Shown: positions 1-11,601 of the stretch, piece after piece
Layout: every line of letters begins with the position of its first letter
Position numbering within the stretch: position 1 is the first letter of the stretch
Assembly: GCA_019828565.1 (NCBI GenBank)
Contig: JAHDYR010000053.1
Location: forward strand, 966,272-1,030,271
Source of the DNA: Carpediemonas membranifera BICM
Taxonomy: Eukaryota > Protista > Fornicata
Direction: 5' to 3'
Length of the DNA: 64,000 nt
Position numbers and translations under genes: made by a program
Notes under the pieces: generated by a model
What the model saw: only the letters and a program-made list of their open reading frames with translations
What the model was told of the DNA's origin: nothing
The model's database searches: none

Positions 1-3000
1 GAGAACAACCGAGCTCGCGTCAAGAGATTGCGACACAGCATGTTCCTCACGAGCTGGTTCCTGATGTTCAACCGCAGCAAGTCCTTTTACAACATTGTTT
101 TCCTTTTCATAACCTTTTCGCCATGTGTGCTTGTCGGGTTAATGGTCGCATCTGAGCAGGTGAGCCTGTCCGACTTCAACACCACCTACGCGATGGTTTC
201 TATACTTATATTCCTCGTTGCTATCTGCGGTATGCTTATCCTCCTCTTCTTTGCTCAGCGACGACTGCAGGAAGATGTTTTCGCAAGCAAGCTGATGAAG
301 CAGTTTCTCGGGGTACTACTCCCCTTCGCGTTCATCATGCAGCCTGCCGCAATGCTGGCCCTCTTCCAGTTCGCTTACCACCAGATCCACGTCGCCATCG
401 ATGCTGCCAACGCCTCTGCGCTCATCCCCGTCGCCATATCGTGTGTGCCCCTGTTCGTTGCTCTCCTGGTGCTAGCCACAGTCATCAACAACACCTGCAC
501 CATTCATATCGATACAGTGGACGCCACACTACTCTCATCGACGTCATCACAGTCGTCTGCAGTTATCGGAGTCTTCATCCTGATCGCCATCATCATCCAC
601 CCGCTGCCCACAGCCGGGATAGGCACATTCACAGTAACACGCTGTATTAGTGGCGCCTTTCTCATCATGGCGGGCTTCATTGCGGCCCTGCTCCAACAAT
701 ACACCCTCATGGTCTCCAATATCATCCAAGCAACAGTATACTCCTTCACCGGCGTGGTTCTGATAGTGCTACCTGCCTTCGACGCGGCCCCGCTGTCTCT
801 ACTGACCCTCCTCGTCATCCCTGTCATCATCGTCATCAGCCTATGGCCTATCGCCGCGTACGTCTACTTCTACCGCACCATAGCAGCGGTACGGGCCTCA
901 TACACCGATGGCGAGGACTTTGGCCCCACACGCCACATTCCTCCGGTCCCCAGGGCCCCGACATTCATCCTACTGGTTGGTCTCCGCACTTTTATTCGGG
1001 CCGTCAGCCGGGCGGTAACAAAGGAGATGAAGGAGGCCAACCTGGACCACTGTCCCGTAGCACTGCCAGGGTTCGTGGGCTCAGACCAGTTCGAGACGAC
1101 TGCTGCTTCGACACGCACCACAGCCTGTGTCAGGGCCGTCGACAGCAGTCCGACCGTCAGGTCCCTGTTCAAGGTGTTCCAGCTGCTGATGGCGGCCAAG
1201 CCACACTCTAGCGCCGTAGTACTTCAGTACGGCGTTGTCGCGAACTCTCTGCAGCCCACGAGTCTGCCATTCGTTCTGAGGAAGATAGCTGAGCTGCAGC
1301 ACGGCGGCCATGTCCCAATGGCGAGGCTGGACGTCGGCTATGTCATCTTCTATCTTTATAAGACAAACGCGGACGCCTGCGAGGGTGGCAAGGAAGCCCG
1401 CCTGCGCCATGCCAGGAACCGGCAACTACAGGAGCTCAGACGCCAGCTAGCCGACTTCCGTACAGCCCGACGGACGCTGTGGACCACTATACAGGCCCAG
1501 TCAGGGCGATCTCTCAAGATGGCCTCGGTCACCAAGTCTCTGGCCTTGATGCAGGAGATACTCGCCCTCACGACAACGATGCAGGCCAACTACAGGAAAC
1601 ACCTGGTCGCTGCCACGCCCAACGTCATCCGGGAGTACGCTGCGTACGTCAACACCGCCTTGGGAAAGTCAGCGGAGGCCCAGCATCTCCTGGGACTAGC
1701 GGAGGACATGGAGGCGAGCGGGAAGGGCCGGTCGACTGTCGTCGTCGAACCGGTGAAGTCGATTAGGCTCCGGAGACGGCGCTTCATGGTGAATAAGGCT
1801 GAGCTGCGGTCAGTTGTCACGATTGTTCTCGTAGCACTCATAACGATCGGCATGCTCTTCCTCTTTGGCGCCAGCTCCTACCTGATCATCAACAGGGCGA
1901 CTCACCTCCTCCATGGATCAGGAAACGTCGCATCTGCAATATGGGCTGCCTTCTTCTCGGCTGAGCAGTTTATTGCCGGCCTCAGCCCCGTCTCCATTGT
2001 TGGGCCCGCCCTGTGTGACCGAATCCTCCTTGCTGAGCTGACTTACAGCGCCAGTCCGACAGCCATTGCCAACAGGATCGCCCAGAACAAGCTGGCAGAC
2101 TCGTTTAGAACCGACCTCGCTGGAAGCAACCTCGAACTTCTTCTCAACATGGAAGCATTCGTCAATAACATGAGCTGGGTACCCGATGTCCAGTTCGACC
2201 TTCTGACTGCCGACCGCGTGTCACATTTCATCATCACTCTGCTGACGTCATACCTCGATGACGCCGCGTTGGAAGTTGTGACAGATTACGGTGGTGTCAC
2301 TTATGCGTCGTTTAACACCACGGCTGCTTCTTTCATTGACCACTTCTTCTTCCGAGTTTATCACATTGCCGATCAAGGGATGAGCGCTGCTGTTCTCAAT
2401 CCGAGCTCCACTGCGCTGAACATGTCTTCATACGACGATATCATGATGATGGAAAGCCCTGTATTCATTTCTCAGTACGCCGACCAGGCTTACGAGTCCT
2501 ATAAGGCCATCCATGACGCCATTTACGATATGGCTGTCGAAGCCCCCATTATCGCCATGTTCCAGGCGATCGCGATCCTCGTCTTCTTCACGATCGGCCT
2601 CTTTGTATCCGTGTTCGGGTGTTTCATGCTCACGATGGGACGGGACATCTCTTCGTTCTTAGCTCATGTCAAGCTCATTTATGACCTCCCCCCCGCCGTC
2701 ACGACGTCCATGATAGGGTCCCGAGGAAACGGGTCACACGGCAGCACAGGTACGCCTGTTGCTCAGACTAAGCTGGCCGACGACGAGCTGTCCGATGAAG
2801 ACGACATCGTCGACGCCGAGACCCTGCAGCGTATTCGAATGCAGCCTTCTGTCGACAACAGCGACGAGACAGAGACGGATGATGACCCCAGCTGTGTTCT
2901 TGGCAAGAGCTCGAGGGCCGCGTACTTCAAATTGGTATTTGACGTTATGCTTCAGGTCATTCCCCTATCTCTGTGTTGGCAATTCGTTCTGCCCGTCATA

Positions 3001-3888
3001 GTCTGTCTGTGCTTGGTCGTTGATACCGGCCTCGTCCTCTTCGCGGGGGTCAAGTCAAACGATGTTTACGTCCTTTATGAGATCGACAGACGTGCCATAT
3101 CAATGACGGCACACATCTATCAAATGATTAGACTGGAAGAGGAGAGTGGCGCATACAACCAGGAGATCCGGGCCGCCATTGCCGCTGACATCGTAGAGCT
3201 GAGGGCCGGCCTATCATTCGTCACGTCGTCGTCCACCTCCGTCAGAGAGTGGCTCCCTTCCTTGTCTAGCTCCCATAGTACACTGTCTGCTTTGTTTGAC
3301 GCCACGAGGACGCTGGAGCTCGATCTGCTGGACTCTTCGTGGGCGTCGGGGCTGCACGAGAACGAGCTCAGCTCTATTATTAGCGACACGGCATGTAGGC
3401 TTGACGCCTCCGCAATCAACGCCTGCCCGACCTCTCTCGGCGGGCTTGACAGTGAGATAGAGGCTGTCATCACGGAGGGTCTGGGTAGCGCGCTTGAATA
3501 TCTCACGATGCAGGCCGCCCAGCTGGTGATCGACACCCATGGCGCGTATAACTATTCTACTGTCGAGAATCTCAAGAAGGCGGTCTGGGTCGGCATCCAT
3601 CCGTATCTCCGAGATTGCCTCGAGCTAATAATGGATGAGCAAGCGTTGCTGCTGTCGTACAGTATGTATGCCAACGGTGCCACAGTCGCCGTCATCGTCG
3701 TGCTTCTGCTGGCCATGCATTGGACTCTGAACCACCGAAGTCTGCTGAGGCTTGAGAAGGCCCACAACGCGGTGCTATTCCAGCTACAGCATGTCAACGA
3801 CGCCTTTAGCGTGCTGCTACCTCCTAAGACAGCTAGAGCAATCAGGGCCATACTGCCCAAGGACGCCGATGAGTGGGTTGACGAGTGA
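1..3888 (+). CDS. Large multi-pass membrane protein, TmcB/TmcC (tiny macrocysts)-like; 5' end lies outside the window
   Basis: Frame is open from base 1 to TGA 3886-3888. It has an N-terminal cluster of ~8 hydrophobic segments, a helical TPR-like segment (NVIREYAAYVNTALGKSAEAQHLLGLAEDME), further TM pairs around lumenal domains and an acidic linker. The family call rests on architecture only. Confidence 0.55.
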   Translation, partial: ENNRARVKRLRHSMFLTSWFLMFNRSKSFYNIVFLFITFSPCVLVGLMVASEQVSLSDFNTTYAMVSILIFLVAICGMLILLFFAQRRLQEDVFASKLMKQFLGVLLPFAFIMQPAAMLALFQFAYHQIHVAIDAANASALIPVAISCVPLFVALLVLATVINNTCTIHIDTVDATLLSSTSSQSSAVIGVFILIAIIIHPLPTAGIGTFTVTRCISGAFLIMAGFIAALLQQYTLMVSNIIQATVYSFTGVVLIVLPAFDAAPLSLLTLLVIPVIIVISLWPIAAYVYFYRTIAAVRASYTDGEDFGPTRHIPPVPRAPTFILLVGLRTFIRAVSRAVTKEMKEANLDHCPVALPGFVGSDQFETTAASTRTTACVRAVDSSPTVRSLFKVFQLLMAAKPHSSAVVLQYGVVANSLQPTSLPFVLRKIAELQHGGHVPMARLDVGYVIFYLYKTNADACEGGKEARLRHARNRQLQELRRQLADFRTARRTLWTTIQAQSGRSLKMASVTKSLALMQEILALTTTMQANYRKHLVAATPNVIREYAAYVNTALGKSAEAQHLLGLAEDMEASGKGRSTVVVEPVKSIRLRRRRFMVNKAELRSVVTIVLVALITIGMLFLFGASSYLIINRATHLLHGSGNVASAIWAAFFSAEQFIAGLSPVSIVGPALCDRILLAELTYSASPTAIANRIAQNKLADSFRTDLAGSNLELLLNMEAFVNNMSWVPDVQFDLLTADRVSHFIITLLTSYLDDAALEVVTDYGGVTYASFNTTAASFIDHFFFRVYHIADQGMSAAVLNPSSTALNMSSYDDIMMMESPVFISQYADQAYESYKAIHDAIYDMAVEAPIIAMFQAIAILVFFTIGLFVSVFGCFMLTMGRDISSFLAHVKLIYDLPPAVTTSMIGSRGNGSHGSTGTPVAQTKLADDELSDEDDIVDAETLQRIRMQPSVDNSDETETDDDPSCVLGKSSRAAYFKLVFDVMLQVIPLSLCWQFVLPVIVCLCLVVDTGLVLFAGVKSNDVYVLYEIDRRAISMTAHIYQMIRLEEESGAYNQEIRAAIAADIVELRAGLSFVTSSSTSVREWLPSLSSSHSTLSALFDATRTLELDLLDSSWASGLHENELSSIISDTACRLDASAINACPTSLGGLDSEIEAVITEGLGSALEYLTMQAAQLVIDTHGAYNYSTVENLKKAVWVGIHPYLRDCLELIMDEQALLLSYSMYANGATVAVIVVLLLAMHWTLNHRSLLRLEKAHNAVLFQLQHVNDAFSVLLPPKTARAIRAILPKDADEWVDE

Positions 3889-3928
3889 TTATATGTTAAT
3901 TGTTTAAAGCTTCGTTCGGGCATTTTAA

Positions 3929-6437
3929 TTATGATTGACTAATATCTCGAACACAACGGCTTGGACTCGCCGCTGTCGTGGCGAAACGAGTTTGATATGA
4001 ACCGGAACGTAACGCCGTTGATGACGCGGGTCTCGTCGAAGTTGTCGTGCGTGTGACCGCTGATGCAGACGACCTGCCTCGTCTTGGCAAGCTTGATTTC
4101 ATTAGCAACCTCGGTGTCGATGCCAACGATACAGGGTACTCTTCACCTGTGCTGAGCTTTGGAAAGTCGCTGTACTTCTCCAGCAGCTTCCCGGACGGCA
4201 TATACGGGTAATATGCTGTCGTATGAGGATCATGCTTGTCGAAGTCTGGCAGCAAGGGGAAGTGCGTGACGACGACAATCTTGTCGTGTCCGTCGTAGCT
4301 CGCAATCTTGGCCGAATCAGGACGGTGCGAGACTACAAGTCATGGGAGCTACTCTTCTGGGTTATGATTACCCTGGGCCACCAAAGCCTTGCCTCAGCTC
4401 TTCTCTGACGTTTTCCCGAAGACACACAGGTTCCCGACGCTGGCCGTGGATTTATCCGGGCGTTACGCAACCATGCGTGTCCAAAAACCGGGGTTGATGG
4501 TGTTAAAGATGTCTGAACTGGCAACCAACCAGGTCACGTGGGTAACACAAGCACGAGGCCTACGTCCACAAGGTCGACCACTGCACCAGATCGACCGGCA
4601 CCGCCCAGTCCAAGATCTTCGCCCGCTCCTCCGTGGTCACCTCGGTTGGCTCAGAGAGCAGATCTGGGCCATCGGCGAGTAGACCAGCTCTGTTATCCCC
4701 CAGCCCGAGCCAGACCTCACTGGTCCCTCCCCTGCCGCTGCAGACGACCTTGATAAAGTACTTGTACCACCCGACTCGAACCTCAGAAACATGGTCCGAC
4801 ACGGTAAAGTGGAAGATCACACTGTCCCTGCTGGTAATGTGGATGCAAAGATAGCAGCCGAAGAAGTCCTTGGTGCCGGCACGCCGGAACATCATAAAGT
4901 TTCCGGACAGATCGATGTATCCGGCATCAACTTCCGGCAGATCCAGAGGCCAAGGTGACAATGCCAGGTCATCGGCATCCAGGCCTTCAAGATACTCGCA
5001 CAATAAATCTGTAGCCGCCCCGACAAGGTAGAGTTTGCCGGAACTCAGAAATAATGTCGCGGGTTTGTAGTTGAAGTGCCAGATCTGCTCCACATCCATC
5101 GGGACGGTTTCGAACTGACGCACGACATTTCTATGACCCAGTCCGAGCTGGCCGTTTGTGTTTTCGCCCATGGCGACGGCGGTCCTGCCCTGTCTGAGGA
5201 AAACCGCCTGATAGTCGATCATGGCGTGATCTGGGACAAAGCCATCGGGCAGAGGGAAAGGTGCGAAGTGCAACAGCTGCCTTCCCGCCCCCTCCACCCC
5301 AACAACGTTGTCACCAGCGCACACGGCCCCTGCAGCAGTCACAAGGATGGTGATGAATCTAGTACGGCCCAAAAACACGCGCTCGACCAGCCTGTCTTTG
5401 TGCCAGATGGGCTGAATGGCCTCGCACTGGGCAACGTTGGGCGCCTCAGGGAAAGTGAGGCGGGTTGGGTGGATCGGTTGCCCTGACTGGTGTGCAAGGC
5501 TCCCAGCAATGTTGCTGCCCCAGACGTAGATGCCGTGCGGTGTGGTGCAGATCGTGTTGAATCCGTTTGAATATACAGATACGACCTTGTGTATCCTGAT
5601 CTTTTTGCATAGGTACCAACAAATGTTCCGTCAGCAAGAAGACCGGTCTCCCTCGACCCGTTCCACCCCCTGCTATACATATGGCCCATGTAAACCCTGT
5701 AGTTGACTGGTAAATTGGTCATTAGAGTCTCTGACCCACCCTTGTCGTCTTCTGCGACGGTGAGGGTCTCGTCCGTCAGCAGTTGGTGGTGTATCCCATC
5801 CTTAATGGACTGGCGGTGGGCGAAAAAGGTCTTCTTGCACAAGAACCAGTGGCATCTAGCCACATCCAGGTAGTGGTAATCATATACGAATGACCCAACA
5901 TGGTAATCGGGCGCTTGGTACTCGGCTCCTTCGAGGTCGGGGTCAGCGCCGGCAGACATCAGCACGGCCCACACAGTGCCCTGGAGCATGGTGTGCATGC
6001 ATTCGGGGAGCTCCTCGCCGTCCTCAAGAGGGATGTTCATGCTCAGCGGGGGCCCATAGGTCAGGAAGGAAACGGCGGTGGCGAGAGCTCGGGCTGCTGA
6101 AGAGTTAGAAAGGCGCACGTCCGCAAGATCGGCCATTAGCTTATCGAGTGTGTCATTCTTGTGCTTAAACGTCTTGGGGCTGTCCGTTGCCGGGAAATTC
6201 TCGTTCTCTTGCCAAGACAAGCAGCGATGGGATGTTCCCAGGTAAGCTTCGTGTTAGCTGTTCAGCGCGTGCAATAAGCTCACTAAAAGCCTTCGCCGTT
6301 GTTGTGACGGCGGTGGTCGGCATGGCCACTGCTGAAGATTTCTGACCGAACGTGACTCCATCATGGAGTCGACTCGGTCCAGCGATGTCCTGGGCGTAGT
6401 ATCGCGGGATCCTGTGGTCTGGGTGGTTATGTGGCAT
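3929..6437 (-). pseudogene. Disrupted RCC1/BLIP-II-like repeat protein (same family as 57624-59354)
   Basis: ORFs 6165-6479, 5339-6220, 4560-5378 and 3929-4255 are consecutive pieces in different frames. Removing one base from the T5 run at 5602-5606 joins GTYA to KIRIHKVVSVYSNGFNTICTTPHGIYVWGSN... RCC1-type motifs AMGENTNGQLGLG and GLGDNRAGLL are present. Further stops occur near 4300-4560. Confidence 0.6.
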
Positions 6438-6779
6438 GATGGCGGTTAGGAGGTGTGCGTTCAGCTTCTTTCGTCGCAATGGTCGCTACACACCCGGCAG
6501 AGACGTGAGAAAGATTGAACACGCCCTGCCAAGCCACCCCAACATCCCATATCCCTGTTCTATGACGCTAGATCGCTCTTGACCGCGGTGGACCGAAGAT
6601 CCGCTAGAGATCCGCCAACATTTGCCCCGAAAGAAGGCTGCCATACAAAGTCACCATGAGGAGAACTCTCTATATAGGGCCAGACTAAGCTATCATATCC
6701 ATGATTTTCTGATCTGCAAAGTAATATTGAGGCTGTCTTCGGTCGTCCATCCACCACCACAATTTCGACAACGTCAAAG

Positions 6780-7364
6780 ATGCGTTTCGCCTTCGTTCTG
6801 GCGGTGATTTTCGCCGTTGTGATGGCTATGCCCAACGACTTCTCCATCTATGATGAGCCTGAGCCCGAATTCATTTTCGGTGTTACTGAGCTTCGTTATC
6901 CCGACGAAGACAGTGCCAGGGAGGTCCTTTACTTCGCTGAAGGCCTTCTTGAGGGTCTCGGCAAGGGCCTCGTCCCTTCTGCCTTCCACTGCTTCGACGA
7001 CGCCCGTTATGCCGTTACCGACATGATTGGTTCGTTCCCCTCCTCGCCTTAGCCTTCTTATCCAGACGCCTACAACGAGCTTGTCCGCCACCACACCCGC
7101 TCCTTCCTTATAGACACTGCCCGTGGTCTCGATGAGATCTACGAAGCTTACAAGGCCTGCGGGAAGATTGAGGGCGAGATCAAGCAGATCATCGAGCTCT
7201 TCGAGTCCGGCGGTGTCTCGATCGCCTGGCATGCTGGCAAGTCCCTTGTTGTCCACGGCCGCGAGATCTACCACTGGGTCGAGCGCATGGAGACCTCCTT
7301 CCACCATCACCAATACAAGTCTGCTGGCCTCTACATGGGTGAGATCATCGGCACTCTTCTCTAA
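6780..7364 (+). CDS. Secreted protein of unknown function (~182 aa); exons 6780-7029 and 7066-7364
   Basis: Signal peptide MRFAFVLAVIFAVVMA. Removing a 36-nt GTTCGT...TCCAG intron, which carries the in-frame TAG, gives DMI-DAYNELVRHH...AGLYMGEIIGTLL* with strong GC3 bias. Confidence 0.75.
7030..7065 (+). other. Spliceosomal mini-intron, 36 nt
   Basis: GTTCGT...CTTATCCAG. It removes the in-frame stop at 7050-7052. Confidence 0.7.
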
Positions 7365-7528
7365 ATAAAGCGTGCTCGCATGTTCCATTCACGAGAGGTT
7401 GGGGCGGCCGGTGAACACTTTCTGCAAATTCTGCATCGCCTGTTGGATGGATGTCAGACACGACCAGACTTGGCCCTGTTGCTGCTTACTGCGTTCATTT
7501 ACATCCAGCTATGTATAACATAAATCTC

Positions 7529-10342
7529 TCACACGCACAGGGCAGGGTCACTCACCCCAGTCGCCCCGCCGGTTGTTGTGCCAGTGGGACAGTCATGACA
7601 TGCCTTCAAGGCCATAACCTCACCATAGGTGTCGACCGGGCACGGGTCACAGTTCGAGGAGCCCGGGGTCGGGTTGTACGTCCCGACGGGGCACGACATG
7701 CACGCGACACCACCGACAGAATACTCCCCAGCCGGGCAGTCGACGCAGGCGTCCCTACGATAGTTGCTCGTTGTTCCATCAGGGCACGTGTCACATGAGG
7801 ACATGCCGTCGGTCGCAGTGATCGTTCCTGGGAGGCAGGAGTAGCACCACTCCGTACCGTTACCCCAGGACCCTGCTGGGCAGGTGAACAGCGCCCCAGC
7901 GTTGCAGGCAGCACCGGGAATGCAGTCCTCGCATGTCTCGTGATTCAGGGCGTATTGGCCGTCGAAGCATGGCGTTCCGACGCCGCTGTCGCACACCCAG
8001 CCGTCGAGGCAGTCGAAGCAGTATGACGCATTACCAAAAGACATCTGGCCCTCAGGGCACGCCAGCTTCTCGCCGATGACGCAGTAGTACCCGACAATAC
8101 AGTCGTGGCAGTTCCCAGAGGCGTCAATGGCCCTGTACTGCCCGGCCCCGCACTCACACTTGTCGGGGTCGCCCGTGCAGGGGTAGCACACTGCAGAGCC
8201 CTCGGGAGACCACTCTGTGGGGCCACACGAGAGACAGAACTCGGCGCCAGGGTCACTGTACTTGTACGCGACACAATCGTGACAGTCGTCGATTGTGGTC
8301 ATGCCAAGATCCGGGTTGTACGTTCCAGCAGGGCAATCGGTGCAGAGCGGGGCTGCGGCGGCGGAGTAGGTGCCGACGTCGCATGTGAGGCAAGCTGAGA
8401 CGTCGGGCTGCCCTGTGAAGTTGTTGTATGTCCCCGCACTGCACTCGAGACAGGCGCTGATGTCGACCGAGCCTGTGCTGGGGTTGTAGTAGCCTCTAGC
8501 GCAGTCGGTACAGGCCTCCTGTCCAGTCTGGTCGTTGTATGTCCCGGGAAGGCATGAGACGCACTCGAGGATGTCTGACGCTCCCGTGTTGGGTTGGTAA
8601 GTGCCTATTCCACACGCGAGACACGAGCTGATGTCGTCTGATCCAGTGCTAGGGTTGTAAGTACCCGTGGGGCAGTCGGCACAGATGTTCTGGCCCGTGA
8701 TGTTGTTGTATGTCCCGACCGGGCACGGGGTACACGTGCTGGTGCCCCCGCCCGCAGAGTATTCACCCTCGGGACACGTAGAGCACTCAGTGCTGCCCTC
8801 CGCGCTCCAGTAGCCCTCGGGGCAGTCGGGACACGTTTCCTGGCCGGTCTGGTCTGACGCTGTCCCGGCCGGGCATGCCAGGCACTCGCTGCTGCCCGAG
8901 GGGGCGTACTCGGCCTCCTGGCACTCTGTACACACCGCTGGATCGTCTGCTCCGACGACAGAGCTGTAGTAGCCGGCAGTGCAGTTGGTGCAGGTGGCAG
9001 TGCCGTTCGCGTCGGCATAGGACCCCGCCGGGCAGGCCGTACAGTCTGCCAGGTCGGGCATGCCCGTGTATGGGTTCTCCGTGCCGGTGGGACATGCGAG
9101 GCAACCCTCCTCGAGCGTCGTCATCGCCGTCCCGTTGCCGTAGTATCCAGCAGGGCATTCAGTGCAGACGGCCTGGCCCTCAGTATCCTGGTATGTCCCG
9201 TCAGAGCAGTTCAGGCATGCGTACATCCCATCGGTCGGAGCGTACGTCCCCACTGGACAATCGGTGCATGTTATGCCATCACCGGAGTACTGGCCGGCCG
9301 GGCAATGGATGGGGACGTATGCTGTGGCCCACACGTCGCTCTCAATGATGTATTTCGTCCTACCACTGACGATGTAGACGTCTGCGATGCTGCTGCCATC
9401 ATCACGGTGGAAGAGGCCGAAGACGTACCGAGCTGTGGGAACAGTGCTCATACTGACCGTATGCCAGCTGTTGTGGTACTCGTTGTACTCGTATATAGCC
9501 GAGGAATAGTCGTTTGGCCATATCCCGCTGTACCCGCCGAACACCATCACACGCCCGTCATACGTCCACATGGACGCCCCCCTAAGCTGCGTGGGGGCGT
9601 CAGTGCCATTGAGCATGGTCCATGAGGCGTCGCCCTCGCAGTACATGTAGAAATCGTCGTAGTACTCGTTTGTACTGGGGTTGATCCCACCGAAGAGGAA
9701 GAAACAGCCGTCGTCCCTCATTGCTCCGGCAGAGTACGCCCTGGCCTCGGGCGGGTCGGCCACTGTCAGTGACGTCCACGTGGTCGTGGCGAATGTATAC
9801 TTGTATAGGTCATTAAAGGGGGAGGCCGCGCCCATGCCGCCGAAGACCAGCATGTACGAGTTCGCCCCGTCCTCCCGCACAGCGGCTACATGCCCCATAC
9901 GGGCGGTGGGTGCGGTACCCGAGGCAGCTATGACGGTGTGGTAGCCGTTCGTCACCATAGTTGGGTCGAACTCATACTCAACAAGGCTATCGACAACGGT
10001 GGAGTCGTCCTTGCCGCCAAATGTGTATGCGAACCCGTTGTACAGCACCGTTGTGTGATCCATAACGCAGTACCCTGTCGGAATGGGCTCTTGGGCTTCC
10101 CATGCATCCAGGGCAGTGTTGTACCAGTACAACTCGCATGAGACAGTGGGGCCTCCATCAGAGCCACCAAATACAAGGATGTCGTCGAGGTTATTCATCG
10201 CTACGGTGGTGTGGCTCTGCAGTTGTGGCGCCGAAGCGATGCCAAGCTCAGTCCACGCGGTTTCAGAGAACGGAGTGCCCGGGAATGCGAATACTACCAT
10301 CATTTGCGATAGTAAGAGCAAAAATATGAGAGCCTGAGGCAT
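7529..10342 (-). CDS. Secreted kelch-repeat + cysteine-rich (TNFR/ephrin-receptor-like CxxCPxGxY) repeat protein
   Basis: Hydrophobic N-terminus from MPQALIFLLLL, ~6 kelch blades (VFGG/YTFGG motifs) and more than 20 CxxCPxG(T/Y)Y repeats. No C-terminal TM segment. Confidence 0.85.
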   Translation of the reverse strand: MPQALIFLLLLSQMMVVFAFPGTPFSETAWTELGIASAPQLQSHTTVAMNNLDDILVFGGSDGGPTVSCELYWYNTALDAWEAQEPIPTGYCVMDHTTVLYNGFAYTFGGKDDSTVVDSLVEYEFDPTMVTNGYHTVIAASGTAPTARMGHVAAVREDGANSYMLVFGGMGAASPFNDLYKYTFATTTWTSLTVADPPEARAYSAGAMRDDGCFFLFGGINPSTNEYYDDFYMYCEGDASWTMLNGTDAPTQLRGASMWTYDGRVMVFGGYSGIWPNDYSSAIYEYNEYHNSWHTVSMSTVPTARYVFGLFHRDDGSSIADVYIVSGRTKYIIESDVWATAYVPIHCPAGQYSGDGITCTDCPVGTYAPTDGMYACLNCSDGTYQDTEGQAVCTECPAGYYGNGTAMTTLEEGCLACPTGTENPYTGMPDLADCTACPAGSYADANGTATCTNCTAGYYSSVVGADDPAVCTECQEAEYAPSGSSECLACPAGTASDQTGQETCPDCPEGYWSAEGSTECSTCPEGEYSAGGGTSTCTPCPVGTYNNITGQNICADCPTGTYNPSTGSDDISSCLACGIGTYQPNTGASDILECVSCLPGTYNDQTGQEACTDCARGYYNPSTGSVDISACLECSAGTYNNFTGQPDVSACLTCDVGTYSAAAAPLCTDCPAGTYNPDLGMTTIDDCHDCVAYKYSDPGAEFCLSCGPTEWSPEGSAVCYPCTGDPDKCECGAGQYRAIDASGNCHDCIVGYYCVIGEKLACPEGQMSFGNASYCFDCLDGWVCDSGVGTPCFDGQYALNHETCEDCIPGAACNAGALFTCPAGSWGNGTEWCYSCLPGTITATDGMSSCDTCPDGTTSNYRRDACVDCPAGEYSVGGVACMSCPVGTYNPTPGSSNCDPCPVDTYGEVMALKACHDCPTGTTTGGATGVSDPALCV

Positions 10343-10575
10343 TGGCGTCAATTCCTTTGCCTGGCTGAGCAAGAATAGCCGATCAAAAACCAGTCTGATT
10401 ACAGCTCTAGTGCCCTTCGCCACGCCCATGAGGCCCACCCAGCGCCCGTTTAACCGCCTTTTAATACTATCGATACTAATATTCTACAACCAGGCGCTCA
10501 TTAACCGCGTGCACTCACGGCCATAAAGACAACACCCAAACAAAGGCTCGAATACAGACATCGAGCACATACATA

Positions 10576-11304
10576 CTACAGTACAAACGCGTCCATGCCC
10601 CGCGCTACTCCCCTCATGACCTTGACGACGGCCCCCTTGACCCCTCTCGGGTCAGGCGGCATGTGGGTCCGCTTTCCCTTCCCGTGCGAATGCGAGTGCG
10701 AGTGGGTCCGCTTATGCTCACCACTCTTCCTCTCCGACGACCTCGACGACCGCACCCGCCGGGTCGACGGTGCTCGGCTGCTGTCCTCTTCCTGAAGCAT
10801 CTGCATGTTCAGCCGTTCGAGCTTGGCCTGCCTCAGCGGACTATCTATTCCTCGTGACTTCGCGATCGTCAGTGGGCCAGCATCCACGGCGCTGGGGTCA
10901 ATCATCTGGGTGTCAAGCCGTTCGATGCCGAGGGTGTCGAGTTCACGGTTAAAAGCTTCGAACTGGGCCACGATGTCTTTCTTGCTTCGTCCTACCTGCT
11001 TGTTGCCGCCACCTAGCTCCTTCTTCAGCTTAGGACTCTCGAGGGCACCGGTCTTGCAAGCTCGCTTCGGATTCAGAACCTTTTCAAGCTCCTCCTGATT
11101 GATCCCTAGGATCCTACAACAGTCTTTCTTCTTGTAACCGGCCTTGAGAAGCTTGTTGACGCGGTCGTTTAGCTTCACTTGAGGATCTCGATGTTTGTGG
11201 TGGGAGCTCGAACGGGAGGAGCTAATTGAGTATTTGCTCAGGCCACTCTTCCCGCTCTTGCTGCTATAAGCGCTCCCCGGAGATCGAGGAGCGGATTTTG
11301 CCAT
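10576..11304 (-). CDS. Hypothetical basic Ser/Lys/Arg-rich protein
   Basis: 242-aa ATG-initiated ORF with coding-like codon usage. No recognised domain. Confidence 0.7.
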   Translation of the reverse strand: MAKSAPRSPGSAYSSKSGKSGLSKYSISSSRSSSHHKHRDPQVKLNDRVNKLLKAGYKKKDCCRILGINQEELEKVLNPKRACKTGALESPKLKKELGGGNKQVGRSKKDIVAQFEAFNRELDTLGIERLDTQMIDPSAVDAGPLTIAKSRGIDSPLRQAKLERLNMQMLQEEDSSRAPSTRRVRSSRSSERKSGEHKRTHSHSHSHGKGKRTHMPPDPRGVKGAVVKVMRGVARGMDAFVL

Positions 11305-11601
11305 GTGAAGTGTTCTAAAGTTTGATGGAGCTGAAAATACTGAGCAAAAACTGGCCGGCCATGCCCGCTATGCGCCGCTGACTGGAGTCGGCAGACCTTG
11401 TTGACCATTCACATTTTCTTTGAAATCCAAAGCTGATCCAAATTGGTCGAACGAAATCGCGATGGATTATCTCAGGCAAAGAACAAACCCTTCCAAGCAA
11501 TGCGCCGGGCATACGGTGCAGGCCCACGTGAAGCATTGGGGAAGGGATGAACTTTGCACTAATGTGCGCACGACGAAATTTTGATCGAAAACTTGCTGTG
11601 A

